64,000 nucleotides of DNA from assembly GCA_030141605.1 (NCBI GenBank), contig JAQGDQ010000438.1:1-64000 (forward strand), given 5' to 3'. Each line of letters starts with the position of its first letter. Positions within the stretch are counted from its first letter, which is position 1. Positions 41,992 through 54,290 of this stretch are shown one piece after another. Origin of the DNA: Tubiluchus corallicola (taxonomy: Eukaryota; Animalia; Priapulida). A program made the position numbers and the translations under genes. The notes under the pieces were generated by a model, which searched no databases, was not told the DNA's origin, and was given only the letters and a program-made list of their open reading frames with translations.

Positions 41992-42727
41992 TTACAGTCA
42001 ATCACTTGTGACTGACCCACGTTAACAAGCTAGGCTCTTCCTGTGATTACTGTCTTCTGGTGAACACTTTCAATGTACAACTCCAGTTCTCACAAGTTTT
42101 TGTTAACGTTTCAAAAGGAATCTTATACACACCAAGAAATGTATATACATGAAAATATATATTAACAAAGTTTGTAATGCAACCAAATCATATGTTTATC
42201 AGAACACCAACACACAGAAATCAGTTGTGTTCGATTTAGACGTATAGTAAATAAATTAAATTTTGAAGTCTCACATTCCGTGGGCCAGGCCTTTTGCAAA
42301 CATTGTAATTTGGCATAATTTCAGTCTAATATAAAAAAGCACTATATTCGTATTTTGTAATCCAAATAACATTATCTCATTAAAAGTCTCACATCTCATA
42401 CATACTACTGCGCCACATCCAGGAGGAACCTAAAGAGGTTTCGGAGTTTGTAAGTTCTTTGTAACTTACTTCTCTTCGTTTTTTTGTTATTTTCGGTAAT
42501 GTGTTAATGTTTAGGATTAAGAGATAATCATTAGTCGTAAGAAATGCTGCTTTTGGAATACATTCATTTGCAAAAGTTTAAGACCAAAGTGATTTTTTCA
42601 TGAAACTTGACAAACCCATCGTTTAACACGGTTCTATCTAAAAACTATTCATTTATTCTTTTAGAGAAATATACTACAGCATAGTTTGTATGTTTTTATC
42701 CAAAAGTAGTCACAGTCATTGAAGATT

Positions 42728-42958
42728 TTAGTACTTTGTATGGCCGCCGAAGTTGTCAATCACTGCCTTCATTTTAAGAGGCATACTGGAAATTAGGTTT
42801 TGGCAGTACTCGGAAGTAATTTCTTTAACCCAAACATCCTTGATAACTCTTCGCAAGTCTTCACCACTTGATGGCTGCCTGTCTGCCACGCTATCCTTCA
42901 GTATCTCTCAGAAATTCTCTATCGGATTGAGGTCCGGGCTGTTTCCAGGCCATTCTGT
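42728..42958 (-). mobile_element. Tc1 transposase C-terminal fragment (pseudogenised)
   Basis: Minus strand reads EWPGNSPDLNPIENF*EILKD...LISSMP.KMKAVIDNFGGHTKY*. Confidence 0.88.
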
Positions 42959-43209
42959 AGAACTGCATATAAACAACCTAATGCAAGGTGAAGCTCACTA
43001 GTCTTAGTTGTCCACGCACTTAGTAATGTGTTTATTGGTTTTATTGGATGAACCGTGTACTATCCGTTACTTTCTTTATGTTGTCAGTTCTTCTCACATT
43101 GGTATTCTTGCTAAACCTTGGTTATGACGTCACTTGAAGATCTTGAATAAAAAAATTTCCCAAGACAAACAGCTTGGCTTCAGCAACGTAGCAGGCTTCA
43201 GCAATGAAG

Positions 43210-43421
43210 CTATTACTAATAACAAATTCGGCAACAATTCTATCACTAAACAAGGAGTTCAACTTTGGAATACCCTGACATCAAATTTAACACAAATCTC
43301 GTCTTTCAACGAATTCAAATCAAAATTAAAAATACATACATTAAATCGTTTTGAAAATCCTACATACGTAAACGATAATATATATTCATCCACAAATTTT
43401 ATTTACCTACATCCATTTTAA
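43210..43421 (+). mobile_element. LINE ORF2 C-terminal fragment
   Basis: FGNNSITKQGVQLWNTL...FKSKLKIH, related to the 29833-30234 family. Confidence 0.75.
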
Positions 43422-44528
43422 ATTATATGTATATATTGTATATAGCCTATTATAATTTGCGTGTAACATTATAATGTATATTTTGTTTTAAATTTTTGGC
43501 ACAGTAGTTTTTAGTTTGCACTGGACGCATTATTACATTTTAATACATTTCTATTGCATTTTTATTAATCTTTTTACAAATCCGTATGTGTGTTTGATAC
43601 GTGTTTAATGCTTTTAATTTCGAACTTCCCATTAGGCAACGTGTATATGTATATATTATATGTATCTATCTATCTACGGTGCAGCATCTACTTGCAGACA
43701 GTCCAAACTGTATAAGAAATTGCAGTTACATTTACAGAATGTTTGTGACGTCACAGGTCAAGGTGTTTCTGCACTTGATAAACCGGTTTTGAACTAACAA
43801 TTTGAAAATTATAAAAATCAACAAAAATTGCAACCAATTTTATTATACCATAACTGATGAATAAACCTTCTACAAGCTCTAGCTCCTCAAACGTTAACTA
43901 TAATATGCTTAAAACCATAAATCCCTGAATCCAAAAATAAATATGTCTAAAGAATATAGTTAGCTAATTATTAACTAAAAATTTTATAAAGTGTTTATAG
44001 GTGATTCTATGATGGTATGTTTTGACAAATCTTGTATTTTTCTAGAAATTTTGACTGTCCGAAGAATTAATATACAGTTAGCTAATTATTACCAAGAAAT
44101 TAACCAAGGTTTTTATAGATGATTCTATGATGGTAGGTTTTGACAAATCTCGTATCTTTCCGGAAATTTTGACTCATATTTGATATAAAAATATCATCCA
44201 CTAATTTGGTAGATTTCTACCTACTTTAAACTAAACTAACAAAGATAGGTGTATAATTTTAACGCTACTGCAACCTCCAAAACCGTCTATTATCACACAA
44301 AAACTTTTTTTCATTTATTTAGACTTAGAAAGACGTAAGTTAGTAGGGTACATATTTTTCTATCATTTACGTGTGATTCAACAGATCTTGGGAATTTGTA
44401 TCAATTCTGCTGGTATCAAAAAACCGGAAAGAAAAATCAGGATAGTCCAGGCTCAGTTCCGACTCGCACATGTCAAAGGTTTATTGGTTTTGTGATTCCA
44501 GGTTCTTTTCTTTTCGTCTTTTTCTTCC

Positions 44529-45694
44529 TCATTCGATTAATGTTTTGCACATATCAAACCCTAACTTGTAAATACAACAAATTGCATATGTAGTGAGGTT
44601 ATATTCCTTTGAATTCTTGAAGTTTCGCATCACATTCTGACAACGAGCCATATTTAAGCATTTCTCGCAATATATCGCTCCCCCACGGTCAGCCTTGCCT
44701 TCGCAGTGTCCGCCATGATTTATTTGCAGCAGATACAGTTGTCTGACGCAATCCATGTATACGGAGGGGTTACGGGCACAAACCTGGGAAAAGAATGGGT
44801 CTGGTCCAGGAGTGCGAAGCCTGCTACAACTTGCGCAAATTTCTCTCGGTTCGTCAACGCATTGCAACTTATTGCAACATCTGCTGTATGCTGTCCAGAA
44901 TTTACTGTTGACCTCTCTTGATTCAAGCATTGCACAGCCATAGCAAGCATTTGATAATTGATTAGTTGGATTGTGTTCGCATTTTCCAGTTGATGTCACA
45001 CCGCGCTTCTCCGATTACTGCACTTGTTTCGTGCATTCCCGGCGGTAAGTTGGAAAACTGCAACTGTAATGTATACGCTCAAATCAAAGTTGCGTTCCCA
45101 TATCTATGTAGTTTACTCTGCAAAAATACAAATTTCCTATAGTCTACAATTACTACATCTACAAATCTACTGAAACAAGTGCAAGAAAATAAGTGCTACA
45201 GATTACTACATTACACTAAAAAAGCTAAAATGCATACATACATTGTTGGTCCAATATTGAGCCGAGAAAAAGCCAGAATGTCAGTAAAAGGTAACAGTAT
45301 AAATTAAAAGCCAAATTTCAAATGCAACAAAGACGTGTGTACATGACAAGTTCCTCCTATACAATGTCAGAGTAGAAAAAGTAGTCTATAGAGGTTGAGC
45401 TACAGTCTAATATATTATGGCTTCTAATGCATATTCTACCTTGAGAAGAGGTAATGGACCAAAACATTTGCACCTGCAACAGCAACATTTAGCAAGGATG
45501 TCCCAATCAACATCTTCAGACTTTTTCTTAGTTTGACTTATAAACTTCATGCAATTCTGGCATTCTTGCATCACATCGTTGGGTGGGTCTTTAACACAGT
45601 ATCCTAATACATTAGGGTCAGTATCTGCTATTGCAGTCAGCACTGCTACATGCACGAATACCAGAACAAATAGCAATGTAGCAGACGTCGTCAT
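44529..45694 (-). pseudogene. Cys-rich secreted protein, copy 1: interrupted by a solo LTR and a premature TAA
   Basis: Aligns to 57739-58485. It has an insertion at 45065-45481 and a TAA at 45015-45017 where copy 3 has TTG. Confidence 0.85.
45065..45481. mobile_element. Solo LTR (417 bp)
   Basis: Begins TGT and ends ACA, is flanked by the 5-bp TSD gcaac (45060-45064, 45482-45486), and is absent from both paralogs. Confidence 0.85.
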
Positions 45695-45984
45695 CTTTGA
45701 TGTAGCCTAAAACAAAATAAGATATTTTAACATTCAACTTAGGACCCAATTGCGCAAAAGTAAAAAAATAAGACGTGATAACCGGATAAAAATGGAGCAA
45801 TTTTAGCCTACAATTTAAAATTCTAATGTAACAGGAAACCCGAAACAGGAAATGTAACATTGGGATCTACTTGTCAAAACCTTAAAAATATACAAATAAA
45901 TTTTACAATGTATCAAAACAATAAAAATACACTTATAAACGGTGCACAAACAAGGCAAAACAACTGCTTCTCTCATCTTAAAAT

Positions 45985-46038
<54 letters not shown>

Positions 46039-47029
46039 CCCCTTTCTCTCTCCAAACAGGTGCAACAAATACTACAATTGCAGCAATGGCAGCAGAGTTA
46101 ACATTGTCTACAAGTGCAACAAGTGCTACAATCGCAACAGAGGGAACCTTGCCAAAAGAAGTTAATTACTGCTGAAAAGGAATTTTAATACGAGAAACTT
46201 CCAACTCACCTGACATACAATTAATTATGAATTACTAATCAGATCAGAAAACTACTTCTTTAGCCTAGTTTTACCTGCCCTCAGCTCTTTAGCTAACGTA
46301 TATCTGGAACATATGCCCTATTATGTGAAACAAGGTTATAGAAAGTTTAAATAGAGTAAAATAAAATAACGTTCTAAATAATACAATGCACAAAGAATTT
46401 TGCAAGACAATCCATATTTAGTGTGAAAGTTTTATAAAAAAAAATTAAACTGTGATTATCACATTAACTGCACCTTGTGAAAATAAGACAAACGAGACGC
46501 ATTTCTCAAACAAGTTAAAAAGAGGTTTACTTTACTCACTAAGTTCATCTTTAAATGTTTATTTCCTCTTGTTGCTATGTATATCATGACCGTTGTGCCA
46601 GCGTCCACAAAAGTGCTCAATTCTGGTTCTCCTTTTATAGTAGGCAGAGACGAAAAGTCACCCTTAACTCTTTCACCTTAGCATTCATTGTCTAAAGGCA
46701 ACTTGACTAACTCACAGAATAAACTTTCAGAAGTCGCATTTAAGGTGAGAATGTCACCTTTTACCTGTTTGCGTTTTTTGCTTGTTTCCACAAACGAAGT
46801 GATTAAAGTCAGTCATGTACAGTCGTAAACAAGCCATGACCTTCCAGTGACCACTGACTCCAGGTTAATAATTTTCATGTTTAACTCACCTTCTTACAAG
46901 CTTACATTAATAAATTTCATAAACTTTATACGTAATGACATATATTAAAAAATAGTTTGTACATTAGAGTAGTTCAAGTTTGTTTTAGAAAAACGAAACA
47001 AAGGAATCAATTGTTTTCCATTTATCATC

Positions 47030-47330
47030 ATCATCCAATGAATCACACGTCCAGTGACATGATTCTGCTCACCTCCCTATGCCAGGACTCCCTAATCACC
47101 GCAATGCCCCAAAGTAGATTTATTTCTAAGGATCAATGCTGAAGTGTTTAAATCTTTCTGTGCAAAATCTAAACATGTTAACATTTGTCCTCCTGCAGGA
47201 TTTTTTTAGCTGGTTCTATGACTTGCTGAAGAGCTATCTTCACTGGAATATCATCAGGTAGTGTAAGCATATGTCCAATCCATCTTAAACGGCGTCTTTT
47301 TTATTTTCCTTGTCCTTACAGCCATTACAA
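47030..47330 (-). mobile_element. RTE-clade LINE 3' fragment (also at 55140-55349 and 60255-60555)
   Basis: IKRRRLRWIGHMLTLPDDIPVKIAL motif, present in all three duplicated units. Confidence 0.78.
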
Positions 47331-48617
47331 TGTTTTAGCAGTGACAATAAACTTATGGACGACTTCTGACAATGTTTTTGTAGCAACAATCAACCCTTGC
47401 CATTGTAGAAGAACAATGATATGCAATGAAGGCCTGGCAGAGTGAATGTTACAGAATATATTGGCCAATAAAATGGTCTCTAAAATCCAGATTTTGGTTA
47501 AGATTTGCAGATTTTTTTTAAATCACGAACCAGAAAATTTAGCTAGGTCTACAATCTTACAGTAAAAGTGCGTTTATGAAGAATTGGTTATTTTGCTTTG
47601 AGTTTCGTTTATTTAATGACTTTAGCATCTCCATGGGATATTTGAAATTGTGAAGTAATTAGCTTTTCAATAAACGTAGATAGATTAACTTCATTATTAA
47701 TGGAAAGTTTATTAATAACTTTGAAATCTAAAATGATAAAAAATGTCACACAAAGTCAATCCTTGGTGTGATCGATTACTTGAAATATTTGTGACATGTT
47801 TTTAGCGTTTTATTATTTTTGATAATTTATCAAAATTGTAACTCTGAATTACACTGCAAGTGCCTGAATAAACTGATTTTGATTAACATCAGGGTTGGTT
47901 ACAGGTTTTCTCCCTTTCAGGATAAACCCAGTGTAGGCCCAGAAATTTGCTTTAGCTCTCAATGTTTGGTTCTTACTAATAAATTTATTGCTGTGCCAGA
48001 ATCTACATAAATGCTCAATTCTGTCTCTAACTCACTGCGAGAAGTCACCTTTAAGTCCTTTTGCTGTGTAAAAGCAGCTTGATTAATTTACAGAGTAACT
48101 TACAGAAATAAAATGGATGCCGAAACTACGTAATTAAAGTGATTTGAAGTCGCACTTCAAGTAAAGATGTCGTTTCTTACCTGTTTGTGTTTTTTGTTAC
48201 ATCCTACAAATGGAGTGATTAAACTCAATCACGTACATTTATACCGACGTAAACAGGCTACACCCTTCCAGTGACCACTGGCTCCTTGGTTAAATGTTCT
48301 GATGTTGCAACACAAAACCAATAGGACGATTTACCAACTCATGCAGCACAAAAATATGGGACGATTTACCAACTCATACAGCACAAAAACAATGAGACGA
48401 TTTACCAACTCATGCATTTAAAATGACAAATGTCAAAAAATTTAAAATCTTTTGTTAATTAAAACGCATCCTTATAAAGATACCTATAATTTTCACTGAT
48501 TTATAGGCCACAGTAGTTCATTACATTTTTATTGAATTTTTATTAATTTTTTTACAAATCCATGTGTGTATGATACGTGTTTAATGCTGTTAATTTCAAA
48601 CTTCCCATTAGGCAAAG

Positions 48618-48619
48618 TG

Positions 48620-48651
<32 letters not shown>

Positions 48652-49165
48652 TGTATGTATGTATGTATGTATGTATGTATGTATGTATGTATGTATGTAT
48701 GTATGTATGTATGTTTGTATGTATGTATGTATGTATGTATGTATGTATGTATGTATGTATGTATGTATGTATGTATGTATGTATGTATGTATGTATGTAT
48801 GTATGTATGTATGTATGTATGTATGTATGTATGTATGTATGTATGTATGTATGTATGTATGTATATACATATATGAATGTATGTATGTATGTATGTATGT
48901 ATGTATGTATGTATATACATATATGAATGTTTGTATGTATGTATGTATGTATGTATGTATGTATGTATGTATGTATGTGTGTATGTATGTATGTATGTAT
49001 GTATGTATGTATGTATGTATGTATGTATGTATGTATGTATGTATGTATGTATGTATGTATATACATATATGAATGTATGTATGTATGTATGTATGTATGT
49101 ATGTATGTATGTATGTATGTATGTATGTATGTATGTATGTATGTATGTATGTATGTATGTATATA
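48618..49165. repeat. (GTAT)n tetranucleotide microsatellite
   Basis: Direct observation; much shorter at the equivalent sites in units 1 and 3. Confidence 0.95.
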
Positions 49166-49944
49166 TACATGATAAAACAACCAGTGCTAATTTATATATC
49201 AGAACTCGATAATGACCTACGTTCTGGTCTTGCCACAAACTTCATTATTCAGTTGTCACGGTGCAGAATCTACTTGCAGACAGCCCAAACTGTATAAGAA
49301 AGTGCAGTTACATTTGCAGAATGTTTGTGACGTCACAGGTCAAGGTGTGTCTGCATTTGATAATCCGGTTTTAAACTAACAATTTGAAAATTATAAAATT
49401 AACAATAATTGTCATTTGCAACCAATTTTATTTTACCTTAACCGATAAATAAACCTTCTACAAGCTCTAGCTCCTCAAACGTTAACTTTAATATGCTTAA
49501 AACCATAAATCCCTGAATCCAAAAATAAACACATCTGAAGAATATGGTTAGCTAATTAATAACTAAAAATTTTATAAGGTGTTCATAGGTGAATCTATGA
49601 TGGTAGGTTTTGACAAATCTCGTATCTTTCTGGAAATTTTGACTCATATTTGCTATAAAAATATCATCCACTAATTTGTTAGATTTCTACCTATTTTAAA
49701 CTAAACTAACAAAGATAAGTGTATAATTTTAACTGCAACCTCTAAAACCTTCTATTATCACACAAAAACGTTTTTTCATTGATTTGGTCATAGAAGGACG
49801 TAAGTTAGTAGGGTTCATATTTTTCTATCATTTACGGGTGATTCAACAGATCTTGGGAATTTGTATCAATTCTGCTGGTCACAAAAAACGGAAAGAAAAA
49901 TCAGGATAGTCCAGGCTCAGTTCCGGCTCGCACATGTCAAAGTT

Positions 49945-50700
49945 CTATTGGTTTTGTGATTCCAGGTTTTTTCCGATTAACATTTTGCACATTTCATACG
50001 CTCTCTTGTAAATACAACAACTTGCATATGTAGTCAGGTTATATTCCTTTGAATTCGCCAAGTTTCGCACCAAATTCTGATAACTAGCCATATTTGAGCA
50101 TTTCTCGCAATATTCTGCACCCCCACGGTCAGGCTTGCCTTCGCAGTGTCCGCCACGTGTTATATGCAGCAGATACAGTTGTCTGACGCAATCCATGTAT
50201 ACGGTGGGGTTATGGGCACAAATCCTTGAAAATAATCGGTTTGGCTTAGGAGTGCCAAGCCTGCTACATCTATCGCAAGTTTTTCTCGGTTTGCTAACGC
50301 ATTTCAACTTATTGCAACATCTGCTGTATGCTGTCCAGAACTTACTGTTGACCTCTTTTGCTTCAAGCCTTGCACAGTCATAGCAAGCTTCTGATAATTG
50401 ATTAGTTGGATCGTGTTCGCATTTTCCAGTTGATTTCCCACCGTACTTCTCAAAAAACTCCACTTGTTTCGTGCATTCCCGCATGTAAGTTGGATAACTG
50501 CAACATTTTGCAAGGATATCTTCAGACTTCTCGTTAGTTTGACTTCTAAACTTCATGCAATTCTGGCATTCTTGCATTGGATCGTTAGGTGGGTTTTTCA
50601 TACAGTATCCTACTACATTAGGGTCAGTATCTGATACTGCAGTCAGCACTGCTACATGCACGAATACCAGAACAAATAGCAATGTAGCAGACGTCGACAT
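49945..50700 (-). CDS. Cys-rich multi-module secreted protein, copy 2 (251 aa, 22 Cys)
   Basis: ATG 12 nt after acceptor ttttgttttag (ends 50713); signal peptide MSTSATLLFVLVFVHVAVLTA; repeated C-x11-CxxC-xn-CC-xn-C modules; intact ORF with paralogs. Confidence 0.9.
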   Translation of the reverse strand: MSTSATLLFVLVFVHVAVLTAVSDTDPNVVGYCMKNPPNDPMQECQNCMKFRSQTNEKSEDILAKCCSYPTYMRECTKQVEFFEKYGGKSTGKCEHDPTNQLSEACYDCARLEAKEVNSKFWTAYSRCCNKLKCVSKPRKTCDRCSRLGTPKPNRLFSRICAHNPTVYMDCVRQLYLLHITRGGHCEGKPDRGGAEYCEKCSNMASYQNLVRNLANSKEYNLTTYASCCIYKRAYEMCKMLIGKNLESQNQ

Positions 50701-51065
50701 CTTTGATGTAGCCTAAAACAAAATAAGACAATTTAACATTGAATTTAAAACCCAACGGCGCAAAAGTAAAAAAAAGACATGATAACGGCTAAAAATGGAG
50801 CAATTTTAGCCTACAATTTAAAATTCTTACGACCCGAAACAGGAAATGTAACACTGGGATCTACTTGTCAAAACATTAAAAAATTACAAATGAATTTTAC
50901 AATTTGCCAAAACAATAAAAACACAATTTATGATAACTTATAAACGTCACACAAACAAGGCAAAACAAGATCAGATCATTCTTATGCTTTTACTACTTCT
51001 TTCATCTTAAAGTTATTTCTCAATCTCTCTCTCTCTCTTTTTCTCTCTCCCCTCTTTCCCTCCAA

Positions 51066-54000
51066 ACAGGTGCAACAAGTTCTACAATGGCAATAATAAC
51101 TGCAGAGTTAACGTTGTCTACAGGTGCAACAAGTGCTACAATGGCAGCAATGACTGCGGAGTTAACATTGTCTACAAGTGCAACAAGTGCTGCAATGGCA
51201 GCAATGACTGTAGAGTTAACATTGTCTACAGGTGCAACAAGTGCTACAATGGCAACAATGACTGCAAAGTTAACATTGTCTACATGTGCAACAAGTGCTA
51301 CAATGGCAGCAATGACTGTAGAGTTAATGTTGTCTACAGGTGCAACAAGTGCTACAATGGCAACAATGACTGCAGAGTTAACGTTGTCTACAAGTGCAAC
51401 AAGTGCTACAATGGCAGCAATGACTGTAGAGTTAACGTTGTCTACAGCTGCAACAAGTGCTACAATGGCAACAATGACTGCAGAGCTAACATTGGCTACA
51501 GCTGCAACAAGTGCTAAAATGGCAACAATGGCTGCAGAGTTAATATTGTCTACAGGTGCAACAAGTGCTACAATGGCAGGCAATGACTGTAGAGTTAATG
51601 TTGGCTACAGGTGCAACAAGTGCTACAATGGCAGCAATGACTGTAGAGTTAACGTTTGTCTACAAGTGCAACAAGTGCTACATTGGCAACAATGACTGTA
51701 GAGTTAACGTTGTCTACAGGTGCAACAAGTGCTACAATGACTGTAGAGTTAACGTTGTCTACAGCTGCAACAAGTGCTACAATGGCAACAATGACTGCAG
51801 AGCTAACATTGGCTACAGATGCAACATGTACTACAATGGCAGCAATGACTCTAGAGTTAACTTAGTCTACAGGTGCAACAAGTGCTACAATGGCAACAAT
51901 GACTGCAGAGTTAATATAGTCTACAGGTGCTACAAGTGCTACAATGGCAACAATGACTGTAGACGTAAAGTTGTCTACAGGTGCAACAAGTGCTACAATG
52001 GCAATAATGACTGCAGAGTTAACGTTGTCTACAGGTGCAACAAGTGCTACAATGGCAGCAATAACTGCAGAGTTAACGTTGTCTACAGGTGCAACAAGTG
52101 CTACAATGGCAGCAATGACTGTAGAGTTAACGTTGTCTACAGGTGCAACAAGTGCTACAATGGAAAAGCAATGACTGCAGAGTTAACGTTGTCTACAGGT
52201 GCAACAAGTGCTACAATGTCAGCAATGACTGTAGAGTTAATGTTGTCTACAGGTGCAACAAGTGCTACAATGGCAACAATGACTGCAGAGTTAACGTTGT
52301 CTACAAGTGCAACAAGTGCTACAATGGCAACAATGACTGCAGAGTTAACGTTGTCTACAAGTGCAACAAGTGCTACAATGGCAGCAATGACTGTAGAGTT
52401 AACGTTGTCTACAGCTGCAACAAGTGCTACAATGGCAACAATGACTGCAGAGCTAACATTGTCTACAGCTGCAACAAGTGCTAAAATGGCAACAATGGAG
52501 GCAGAGTTAATATTGTCTACAGGTGCAACAAGTGCTACAATGGCAGGCAATGACTGTAGAGTTAATGTTGGCTACAGGTGCAACAAGTGCTACAATGGCA
52601 GCAATGACTGTAGAGTTAACGTTTGTCTACAAGTGCAACAAGTGCTACATTGGCAACAATGACTGCAGAGTTAACGTTTGTCTACAGGTGCAACAAGTGC
52701 TACAATGGCAGCAATAACTGCAGAGTTAACGTTGTCTACAGGTGCAACAAGAGCTACAATGGCAGCAATGACTGTAGAGTTAACGTTGTCTACAGGTGCA
52801 ACAAGTGCTACAATGGCAGCAATGACTGCAGAGTTAACGTTGTCTACAGGTGCAACAAGTGCTACAATGGCAGCAATGACTGCGGAGTTAACATTGTCTA
52901 CAAGTGCAACAAGTGCTACAATGGCTGCAATGACTGTAGAGTTAACATTGTCTACAGGTGCAACAAGTGCTACAATGGCAACAATGACTGCAAAGTTAAC
53001 ATTGTCTACATGTGCAACAAGTGCTACAATGGCAGCAATAACTGCAGAGTTAACGTTGTCTACAGGTGCAACAAGTGCTACAATGGCAGCAATGACTGTA
53101 GAGTTAACGTTGTCTACAGGTGCAACAAGTGCTACAATGGAAGCAATGACTGCAGAGTTAACGTTGTCTACAGGTGCAACAAGTGCTACAATGTCAGCAA
53201 TGACTGTAGAGTTAATGTTGTCTACAGGTGCAACAAGTGCTACAATGGCAACAATGACTGCAGAGTTAACGTTGTCTACAAGTGCAACAAGTGCTACAAT
53301 GGCAACAATGACTGCAGAGTTAACGTTGTCTACAAGTGCAACAAGTGCTACAATGGCAGCAATGACTGTAGAGTTAACGTTGTCTACAAGTGCAACAAGT
53401 GCTACAATGGCAACAATGACTGCAGAGTTAACGTTGTCTACAAGTGCAACAAGTGCTACAATGGCAGCAATGACTGTAGAGTTAACGTTGTCTACAGCTG
53501 CAACAAGTGCTACAATGGCAACAATGACTGCAGAGCTAACATTGGCTACAGCTGCAACAAGTGCTAAAATGGCAACAATGGAGGCAGAGTTAATATTGTC
53601 TACAGGTGCAACAAGTGCTACAATGGCAGGCAATGACTGTAGAGTTAATGTTGGCTACAGGTGCAACAAGTGCTACAATGGCAGCAATGACTGTAGAGTT
53701 AACGTTTGTCTACAAGTGCAACAAGTGCTACATTGGCAACAATGACTGCAGAGTTAACGTTTGTCTACAGGTGCAACAAGTGCTACAATGGCAGCAATAA
53801 CTGCAGAGTTAACGTTGTCTACAGGTGCAACAAGAGCTACAATGGCAGCAATGACTGTAGAGTTAACGTTGTCTACAGGTGCAACAAGTGCTACAATGGA
53901 AGCAATGACTGCAGAGTTAACGTCGTCTACAGGTGCAACAAGTGCTAAAATGGCAGCAATGACTGTAGAGTTAATGTTGTCTACAGGTGCAACAAGTGCT

Positions 54001-54290
54001 ACAATGGCAACAATGACTGCAGAGTTAACGTTGTCTACAGGTGCAACAAGTGCTACAATGCCAGCAATGACTGTAGAGTTAACGTTGTCTACAGGTGCAA
54101 CAAGTGCTACAATGGCAGCAATGACTGTAGAGTTAACATTGTCTACAGGTGCAACAAGTGCTACAATAGCAGCAATGACTGTAGAGTTAACGTTGTCTAC
54201 AGGTGCAACAAGTGCTACAATGGCAGCAATGACTGTAGAGTTAACGTTGTTTACAGGTGCAACAAGTGCTACAATGGAAGGAATAGCTGT
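51066..54290. repeat. 54-bp minisatellite, about 60 copies, in the putative 5'UTR intron of copy 2
   Basis: Unit aggtgcaacaagtgctacaatggcagcaatgactgtagagttaacgttgtctac. It lies between the acceptor at 50713 and a putative GTATGT donor at 54370. Confidence 0.95.
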
